62,337 nt of DNA, from the IMG/VR virus record IMGVR_UViG_3300025128_000029, positions 1-62,337 of that record, one strand, 5' to 3'. The translations under genes were made by a program, and so were the position numbers. Of the stretch, positions 55,775 through 62,337 are shown one piece after another (the first letter of the stretch is position 1; each line of letters begins with the position of its first letter). This stretch comes from a virus (lineage: Duplodnaviria; Caudoviricetes). Below the pieces are notes generated by a model. That model searched no databases. It had not been told where the DNA came from and saw only the letters and a list, made by a program, of their open reading frames with translations.

Positions 55775-57882
55775 TATCTTCTTCCATCTGGTCTAATTTC
55801 AACTCGAGGAGACCCTAACTTCCATTTAGTTCCAAGCCCTGTTGATTGTACTTTTAATGAAAAAGACCTACCTCTTAATCTTACATCTAATTTTTCTGTC
55901 CATTGTTCAACGGGAGTTGTTGCTGATCTTGTTGCTGTGCCTGTATTAGTTTGATTATAATTTGCTCCAGGATGACGTCTAGTTTGTAGTGTAAAATCAA
56001 CAGAGGGTACTGGAGTGGTAGATCCATCAAACTTTACATCGGGAATTAATTTCGTTAACATAAGAAACCGATCACCATCGCCTGTATCTAATTGACTAGA
56101 TTCAACAAACGAAGTCATAGCAACACCATCATTATCATTACCTAACTCATGATTATAGATATACCCTCCCTGTGCAGCGATTGGATAAGTTTTAATCCCT
56201 CTGTCTAACCACGCTGTTCGGCTGAGTGTCCCATAGTACCAAACTTTTTGTATGTAGTTATAAATCACATATTTATCGTTTTCTTGGCTAGTAGAAGAAG
56301 GATAAAACCACCAAACTTCACCCCACTCTGAGTTTACTCCCGAAATAACTTTATCTCGTTGCTCAAAATTAAAATCTAAAAACACTTTATCTTTTACAGT
56401 ACAAGGTAATTGTTGGATTTGGTTTTGTGCGTATAAATAAAAAGTATCTAAACCCATCCAATAAACTATTTCTTCTGTGCCTATCGCTGCATTAGAACTC
56501 ATAAGAGTAATACTAGAAGATATTTGGTTTATACCAAACGTAAACGGAGGACCGATAAACTGCATAGAATGAAGAGAACTATCTGTCCATATAAGGATTT
56601 CTCGTTTAGTTTCAACAGCTTGTACAAAACCCGAACCAGAACCTAACCTTAAATCTCCTGCTGTATTTGTTGCTTTCGCTTCCCATTCAGCAGGAGATTC
56701 TTGGTTGGAGAAACGAATTAAAAGAGGGTCTTGAATAGTTGACCCTTGTGGGTTACAACCAAAAGCTATGACATGCCTGTCTTTATCTGATACTAAAACT
56801 TGTTTAGCAATAGTTGGAACTTCATTAGCCCCTGCTAAAGTAGAAATATTCACAGCTCTTGTCGATAAATTATTTGACCTATCCCAATAAAAAATTGCAC
56901 CATCTCTTGGATTAATTAATAAGTCTTCACCAAAGTTATCATGAGACCATAAACGTATTTGAGTTTTTGTGGTTAAAGCAGAAGATTGACCCCAACCAAC
57001 ATAATCATCATCACTACTTTCATTACCTTTAGCTACTATAACTATCGCATTATCAGCATGAGTAGTTGCTGTAGTACCACTATGTCCTCTTGTTACGTTC
57101 AATGTATTATCATCTGTATCACCAGCAACAAGCATTAATTCTGCCCCTACTAAAATAATATCTCCTGCTGTTGTGATTCCAGTTTCATCATCTACATTAA
57201 TTCCAGTTTCACTATTATCAAGGGCTTCAGCTAATTGAGTTGTTAAAGGGTTACTTGTTACACCACCAAATAATCCAGCTCCCCAACCTGTGCCTCCTAC
57301 TTGACTATCTAATCCTGCGTTTAATTGATATGTGCCTACAGTACTACTTCCTCCACTATTACCAGCATCAGTGGCGTTAGCAGTTACACTCACTGCAATA
57401 GTGTAAGAGTTACCATTTACAATACTTACAATTTCATGTTCAGCATTTAATATAGAAGCAATAACTGTTCCACCTAAACTATCAGCCCCACTAAAAGTAA
57501 CAAAATCTCCTGCTGCTGCTCCATGAGCAGTATCAGTAACAGTCAAAGTACTAGACCCATTTACAGCAGTAAAAGTTACATCTCCTGCACTTGTTGCAAC
57601 TCTCAAAGGTGTAATATCATTAAAATCTCCTCCCTCTTCTATATAATATTTAGAGTTAGTACCAATTCCTAAATATTCAGAACCATCTAAAGCAACCCAA
57701 GTGTGAAGTTCTCTTGCTGTGCCTTGATAAGTATTAGCAGAGTATTTTGACCAACCCCCTATTTTTTCTGGAAAGTTTAAATGAAACCTAATTAATTCAC
57801 CATCAAAATAACCACCCTCATTACTGTAAGAAGTTATATCTCTATTGATTCCTGGTTTAAAATTTAATTTAGTTAAGGTCAT
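55774..57882 (-). CDS. tail stabilisation/nozzle protein (P22 gp10 / tubular protein B-like)
   Basis: FKPGIN...PEKIGGW, DNFGEDL, DPLLIRFS.QE, WGEVWWFYP, RLRGR...RPDGRR. Confidence 0.75.
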   Translation of the reverse strand: MTLTKLNFKPGINRDITSYSNEGGYFDGELIRFHLNFPEKIGGWSKYSANTYQGTARELHTWVALDGSEYLGIGTNSKYYIEEGGDFNDITPLRVATSAGDVTFTAVNGSSTLTVTDTAHGAAAGDFVTFSGADSLGGTVIASILNAEHEIVSIVNGNSYTIAVSVTANATDAGNSGGSSTVGTYQLNAGLDSQVGGTGWGAGLFGGVTSNPLTTQLAEALDNSETGINVDDETGITTAGDIILVGAELMLVAGDTDDNTLNVTRGHSGTTATTHADNAIVIVAKGNESSDDDYVGWGQSSALTTKTQIRLWSHDNFGEDLLINPRDGAIFYWDRSNNLSTRAVNISTLAGANEVPTIAKQVLVSDKDRHVIAFGCNPQGSTIQDPLLIRFSNQESPAEWEAKATNTAGDLRLGSGSGFVQAVETKREILIWTDSSLHSMQFIGPPFTFGINQISSSITLMSSNAAIGTEEIVYWMGLDTFYLYAQNQIQQLPCTVKDKVFLDFNFEQRDKVISGVNSEWGEVWWFYPSSTSQENDKYVIYNYIQKVWYYGTLSRTAWLDRGIKTYPIAAQGGYIYNHELGNDNDGVAMTSFVESSQLDTGDGDRFLMLTKLIPDVKFDGSTTPVPSVDFTLQTRRHPGANYNQTNTGTATRSATTPVEQWTEKLDVRLRGRSFSLKVQSTGLGTKWKLGSPRVEIRPDGRR

Positions 57883-59027
57883 AAGGCACTCGTTGATCTT
57901 GTTCCTGTATAATTATCTACGTTAATTCCTCCACTGCCAGTACTTACATCAGAGAAAGCAAAAGGTCTACCAGCATCATTATTTCCAGAAACGCTTGTTA
58001 TTATAGAAAAAGAACCATCGGTAGAATCTCTATCTATACTTCCTGTTGACCCAGCACTAACAGAGGTGCTACTAAAAGGATTCCCTCCTGTAAGAACAGC
58101 AGTTGTTTGTAAATTATTTGTAAATATAAATCTTCTTCCTGCTGTTGGACCAAACACATCTACATTTTTGATTTGATTAAATGCTCCCCTTCCAGCTAAA
58201 AGAGCAATAATGGCATTACCTGAGTTTTGATCGATAAATATTCTAACACCAAAAGAGCCAGAATTTCCCTTATTCACTCCTTGTACAGCATTGTTCCACT
58301 GCATATATCTATACCCATTTCCAGTGGAATTAGTATTTGCATCAGGTTGATCAGCACTAACACCATCAAAGGTACTAGGACCTCCAGGACCAACTATTGC
58401 TCCACTTATTGGCGTACCATCTTCTAAAAAAGCATGGGTAAAAGACATAGCAAAATCAGATCTGTCTAGGTTTGTTAAATCAGTTCCTCCAAACAATGTA
58501 GCATAACTAAGATAACTTTCATGTACCATTAAGTTAGTGTTACTATTAGATGAAGGATCAAAAACTTGAGAAGTACCATCACCCCATCCTGGTCCACCAC
58601 CAGCACCTCTGTCGTCGTTAACAAGTTGAGCATCAAAAGTATGTGAAGTTACGTCTACATTAATAGTGGAATTATCTAACTCTTCAACAATAGTGATTCC
58701 TGAATTAGTAGTAGAAGTTACAGTAGTCGTTATACTTGTTTGTGTCGATTTTATATCTCCACTGCCTTTTAAATCTAAAGTAGTACTAGAGTTATTCGTA
58801 AGAGGAGCTCCACTAGAATTAGTTAAGTCAAACCCATTAGTGTCTAATATGACTTTTTTATGGGTATCATTATTATCTAAAGTTAAATTACCAGAAACAT
58901 TACCTGTTAATTTAAAATATTGAATAGGCATATCATCTGCTGATGAGGCTTTCTCAGCAGCTTTTTGATTCAAGTTTCCTGAAGAAGATACTTCTGTAAA
59001 ATTTAAAGGAGAAATAATTGGAATCAT
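57879..59027 (-). CDS. tail spike/fibre-associated protein
   Basis: N/S/T/G-rich beta protein in tail operon. Confidence 0.5.
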   Translation of the reverse strand: MIPIISPLNFTEVSSSGNLNQKAAEKASSADDMPIQYFKLTGNVSGNLTLDNNDTHKKVILDTNGFDLTNSSGAPLTNNSSTTLDLKGSGDIKSTQTSITTTVTSTTNSGITIVEELDNSTINVDVTSHTFDAQLVNDDRGAGGGPGWGDGTSQVFDPSSNSNTNLMVHESYLSYATLFGGTDLTNLDRSDFAMSFTHAFLEDGTPISGAIVGPGGPSTFDGVSADQPDANTNSTGNGYRYMQWNNAVQGVNKGNSGSFGVRIFIDQNSGNAIIALLAGRGAFNQIKNVDVFGPTAGRRFIFTNNLQTTAVLTGGNPFSSTSVSAGSTGSIDRDSTDGSFSIITSVSGNNDAGRPFAFSDVSTGSGGINVDNYTGTRSTSAL

Positions 59028-60211
59028 GATTTAATTGTTTCTGTAAAGGAAAAGTGAGTGCCATTGTAAAACGCAACGGCTAATTGACAAGAAGTTCCTA
59101 ATGAGATACCTTGTGAATTAGCAGGATAAGCAACTGTGAGAGTATTACTGCTTGTGTCTATTTTATCAATAACAACATAATCACCAACAGCTAATCCAGA
59201 ACCTACAGTAATCGTTACTGTAACATTTCCACTAGAACAGTTTACCACTTGGTAGTTTGATTGTGTTGCATTCAAAGTGCCATCAGCAGTGAGTGTAGTC
59301 GGAACTAAAAAACCTCTTGCTTTTGCATCTAATTGCGTTTGTATTGCTGAAGTCACACCATCAACATAGTTAAGTTCAGTAGTGGTTACTGTTGCTCCAT
59401 CTAATATTTCTAATTCAGCTTCAGTTACTTCAGCAGAACCTATTGTTACCCCTGTAGAAGCTGTCATTGTTCCTGTAACTGTTACACCAGAGGCAGAAGT
59501 AGCTATCTTTGCAGTATTATCATGGTAAAGGGTTACTGCTCCATCATCTGTAAAAGTAGCCATTGTTTCACCACTGTCAGCACCACCAAGTATATCTACT
59601 TGACTACCAGAGATTTTTAAATTACCTGTACCACTATCTACTATGTAACTATGGTTTGAATCATGATATATTTTTAAATCTTGAGATGCACCGAACTGTA
59701 ACGTATCATCACTTCCTGCTGTTGCAGCATCACCAAAGTTTATATTCTTACCATTTGTATCTAAGTTACCACCCAACTGTGGAGAAGAATCAGATAACAC
59801 ATCAGTACCAATATTATCAACTTTTGCTGAACCTCCACCTCCATCAGCATAAATCACAGCAGAAGCTCCATTAGCTATGGTAGCATTACCACCAGAGCCT
59901 TGAGTAATTGTTGCTGTTTGTCCTGTACTGTTTTTTACAAAGAAAAACTTTTGTTGAGTACTAGGAGTTATTGTTAAAGTAAATCCTGCTCCAGGAGTTC
60001 CTGCTAATAAAAGAACTTTATAATGTCCTGGGGATAATGTACCCTCAGTGGTTGTTATATTGGCATCACCTGAAATAGTAAGAGTAACTACTCCATTTAA
60101 CACTCTATCAATAATGCTAAGATTAGTGTTTGTTGTAGTCCCCCAAGTTCCAGCTTGTTCTCCTACCCCTATTAATTCTAATCCACCATTATCTGTATAT
60201 GTACTCGCCAT
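59024..60211 (-). CDS. tail fibre protein
   Basis: MASTY...GEQAGTWGTTTNTNL anchor, DSSPQLGGNLD, DLKIYHD, TTTELNYVDGVTS repeats. Confidence 0.7.
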   Translation of the reverse strand: MASTYTDNGGLELIGVGEQAGTWGTTTNTNLSIIDRVLNGVVTLTISGDANITTTEGTLSPGHYKVLLLAGTPGAGFTLTITPSTQQKFFFVKNSTGQTATITQGSGGNATIANGASAVIYADGGGGSAKVDNIGTDVLSDSSPQLGGNLDTNGKNINFGDAATAGSDDTLQFGASQDLKIYHDSNHSYIVDSGTGNLKISGSQVDILGGADSGETMATFTDDGAVTLYHDNTAKIATSASGVTVTGTMTASTGVTIGSAEVTEAELEILDGATVTTTELNYVDGVTSAIQTQLDAKARGFLVPTTLTADGTLNATQSNYQVVNCSSGNVTVTITVGSGLAVGDYVVIDKIDTSSNTLTVAYPANSQGISLGTSCQLAVAFYNGTHFSFTETIKS

Positions 60212-60220
60212 TTAATCACC

Positions 60221-60415
60221 TCATATAATTCTTGTTTTTATATCTGTCCAAGTTTCTGCACCTGAAGGAGTTATATTTGTCCATGACTCAGATCCCGAAG
60301 GTGTTAAGTTACTCCAAGTTTCATTCTCTGTAGGTATTATATGTCTCCAATGCTCTCTTGACAATATAGCAATATCATTAAAAGCTAATTCACCGAAAGT
60401 AAAACTAGAAAACAT
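60221..60415 (-). CDS. small virion protein with W-repeat
   Basis: ETWSNLTPSGSESWTNITPSGAETWTDI. Confidence 0.55.
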   Translation of the reverse strand: MFSSFTFGELAFNDIAILSREHWRHIIPTENETWSNLTPSGSESWTNITPSGAETWTDIKTRII

Positions 60416-60591
60416 CAATCAGCATCCTCTATCTTGTTGCCATCAGCTACCCATTCTTGGATTGCTATGTAGTGTCTGTTAGCTGTGTCCATTGGAACAG
60501 ACATCTCTTGTCCATCTATTTTACACATAATAGCTATTTTTGTTTTACCATCTATGGGATTTATAAACCATTTTGCATTTTCTATAACCAT
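60415..60591 (-). CDS. 58-aa tail-fibre partner protein
   Basis: VPMDTANRHYIAIQEWVADGNKIEDAD, read manually; GGAG RBS. Confidence 0.6.
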   Translation of the reverse strand: MVIENAKWFINPIDGKTKIAIMCKIDGQEMSVPMDTANRHYIAIQEWVADGNKIEDAD

Positions 60592-60600
60592 TGTTTTCTC

Positions 60601-61704
60601 CTATAGCTCTGCATCTAATGTTCCATCTGAACCATATAAGGCAGTTACATTATGATTATCAGTTCTACCACTTAGATTTCCATTAAATACAATAGATAAA
60701 TACCCTGTTGTGCCATCAACTTCATACGAGCCACTATTTGCAAATACTGCATGAGCTGCATTACTAAAACTATTATCGTCATCATCATAAACAGTTAAAG
60801 TAATATTTCCTATTGCTGGAGAAGCTCTAAAAGGTCTTGTAATTGGAATACCTGCTCGTAAGCTATTAGAACCAACTTCTACAGCACCTATAAAAAAAGT
60901 ATATTTAGGTACAACTTGATAATACCTCTGACACAAAGCTAGTTCTTCCCCATATGACCTATGCTCAAATGGTGTGGCTTGTGAGCCTACTTCTAGTTGT
61001 ATACCTGTTATTTGCCATGTTGCATTATCTGTTGTAGCAACTGCATTTGCATTATGTCCTACTGCGTGTTTAGCAGTAGCAAAAGTTTCCCAACCACTAT
61101 TTGAACCTGATGTATAGTCAGTTCCAGCCATTAAAAACCAATTTAATTGCATACCTATACCAGTATCATCATTAATAACATCTGAAGTATTACCTATAAA
61201 TGTTAAAGTTTTACGTTCCCAAGTGTTTGCAGAATTAATTGTGTATGCTTGTCCATTTACTTTGTTGGCATCATTTTGGTATAAATTAAATCCATAAGTT
61301 GCAGCGACAGAACTTCTTACATAAAAAGAAACAGTTATTCTTTCGGCTGCAGATGTTCCAAACTTTAATTGTTGTAAATCTTGTGCTTCTACTTTGTAAA
61401 TAACTCTAAATTCTTCATCTGCTGCAACAGCACTTTCTGCTGTAGTCGCTTGAACTTTTAAAGAATTAGCAAAGCCATCAGGACCTTCACTTGCTTGCGT
61501 TAATGTTGTTCTTAATTCATCTTCATTTACAAAATTAAAATTAAATCTATCTAGTGTAAGATAACCACTTGTATGTTGTCCTGTTTCTGAGGTGCTTCTT
61601 TGGCTACATTGCATTGCACCATTAATTACAATGTTGCGTCTGCCACCAATCTGACTATTGGTTAGGACTTCACCCATCTTTGCTAATTCTGCTGCTTTGG
61701 TCAT
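60601..61704 (-). CDS. tail fibre protein with carbohydrate-binding-like domain
   Basis: RRNIVINGAM...QR, DRF, GIQLEVGSQATPFEHRSYGEELALCQRYY. Confidence 0.75.
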   Translation of the reverse strand: MTKAAELAKMGEVLTNSQIGGRRNIVINGAMQCSQRSTSETGQHTSGYLTLDRFNFNFVNEDELRTTLTQASEGPDGFANSLKVQATTAESAVAADEEFRVIYKVEAQDLQQLKFGTSAAERITVSFYVRSSVAATYGFNLYQNDANKVNGQAYTINSANTWERKTLTFIGNTSDVINDDTGIGMQLNWFLMAGTDYTSGSNSGWETFATAKHAVGHNANAVATTDNATWQITGIQLEVGSQATPFEHRSYGEELALCQRYYQVVPKYTFFIGAVEVGSNSLRAGIPITRPFRASPAIGNITLTVYDDDDNSFSNAAHAVFANSGSYEVDGTTGYLSIVFNGNLSGRTDNHNVTALYGSDGTLDAEL

Positions 61705-62069
61705 GCTAGGTCTCCTTGTAACGCAACGAAGTTTCTTTGGTCAGCAGCGGCAAAGCTATCTGCCCTACTAAAAACTGAAACAGATATTGCTGAAGTTAAC
61801 AATGTTGCGTTTTTAACTTGTGCTATTTCAGCAGATATAGCATTACAAGTTTGTGACCATTGATTATTTGCCATATTATTGCTAAGAGCATAGGTGTAAT
61901 CACCTGTTCCATTATCTGTTCCGCCACTTATATTGAAAGAATCAGATAAAGCTGCTGCATCTGTTGCTTGAACCCAAGCCTTTGCAGTACCCTGATTGAT
62001 TGTACTCATAGCAGTAGAATTATTACTACTTGCATCTGTTAATGTGTTTACTCTTAATATACTAGCCAT
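61701..62069 (-). CDS. small tail-fibre-associated module protein (GDLA-ending family)
   Basis: start MASILRVN (TAATG overlap); AKAWV...DSFNIS...D.GTGDY; ends LQGDLA. Confidence 0.65.
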   Translation of the reverse strand: MASILRVNTLTDASSNNSTAMSTINQGTAKAWVQATDAAALSDSFNISGGTDNGTGDYTYALSNNMANNQWSQTCNAISAEIAQVKNATLLTSAISVSVFSRADSFAAADQRNFVALQGDLA

Positions 62070-62337
62070 TATGCGAGGTCTCCTTGCCAAGCTGCAGAAT
62101 TTAAATCAACATCATTTGCAGAAGTACCTCCGCCACTGGGAAAAGCAAAACTAAAAAAAGTTGTAGTTGTAGTTGTTGGTTCATTACTACTACTACTATA
62201 GATGCCTATACCTCTATTACCACCTCCAGTTAATTCTCCTATTCCTGTTATAATAATAAAGGTTATATTATTAAAAGGATTTGTTAAAGTCTGCTTACAT
62301 ACACCAGTGCCTAAATCACTAATGCTAGAAACGCCTA
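62069..62337 (-). CDS. 3' part of another GDLA-family module protein (truncated by window edge)
   Basis: ...VSSISDLGTGVCKQTLTNPFNN...AAWQGDLA*, read manually. Confidence 0.6.
   Translation of the reverse strand, partial: GVSSISDLGTGVCKQTLTNPFNNITFIIITGIGELTGGGNRGIGIYSSSSNEPTTTTTTFFSFAFPSGGGTSANDVDLNSAAWQGDLA

Noticed and set aside
1468-59874. Numerous plus-strand ORFs in the track, other than 44907..46346
   Set aside because: They are antisense shadows of well-supported minus-strand genes with no recognisable motifs.
1-62337. Window is a closed circular genome
   Set aside because: Joining the ends breaks both terminal ORFs (the gene at 1-44 would stop within a few codons and the gene at 62069-62337 has no start), so some tail-module sequence is missing.
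530-62337. Diversity-generating retroelement or invertase shufflon acting on tail modules
   Set aside because: No reverse transcriptase or site-specific recombinase and no template/variable repeat pair seen.

Overview
Near-complete (~62 kb, AT-rich) genome of a tailed dsDNA phage with podovirus-type architecture, probably marine with an alphaproteobacterial host (inference). The contig begins and ends inside the tail-fibre module. Almost all genes are on the minus strand; the SNF2-like helicase at 44907-46346 is the only convincing plus-strand gene. Modules: tail/fibre (1-7391, 55379-62337), capsid/scaffold/GroES/holin/portal/TerL (8116-19709), small early genes with sigma70-like promoter cassettes and TerS (19903-30931), family A DNA polymerase plus a thymidine-hypermodification cluster (HD nucleotidase, Nmad1-like, dUMP hydroxymethylase, GT-B glycosyltransferase, aGPT-Pplase1-like; 30942-37430), replication (37514-46346) and internal/ejection proteins (47100-55340). 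The most striking signal is at 19854-20441: an entire transcription unit (promoter, RBS, 151-aa ORF, terminator) contains no GA and a single TC dinucleotide, so its protein has no Asp and one Glu. It sits beside a normal-composition paralog and non-coding tracts packed with TC/GA. I infer that a TC-context base hypermodification is written into the genome as a spatial pattern (unmodified 'bootstrap' gene next to densely modified blocks) near the probable genome terminus. All counts are hand counts; no database searches were run.
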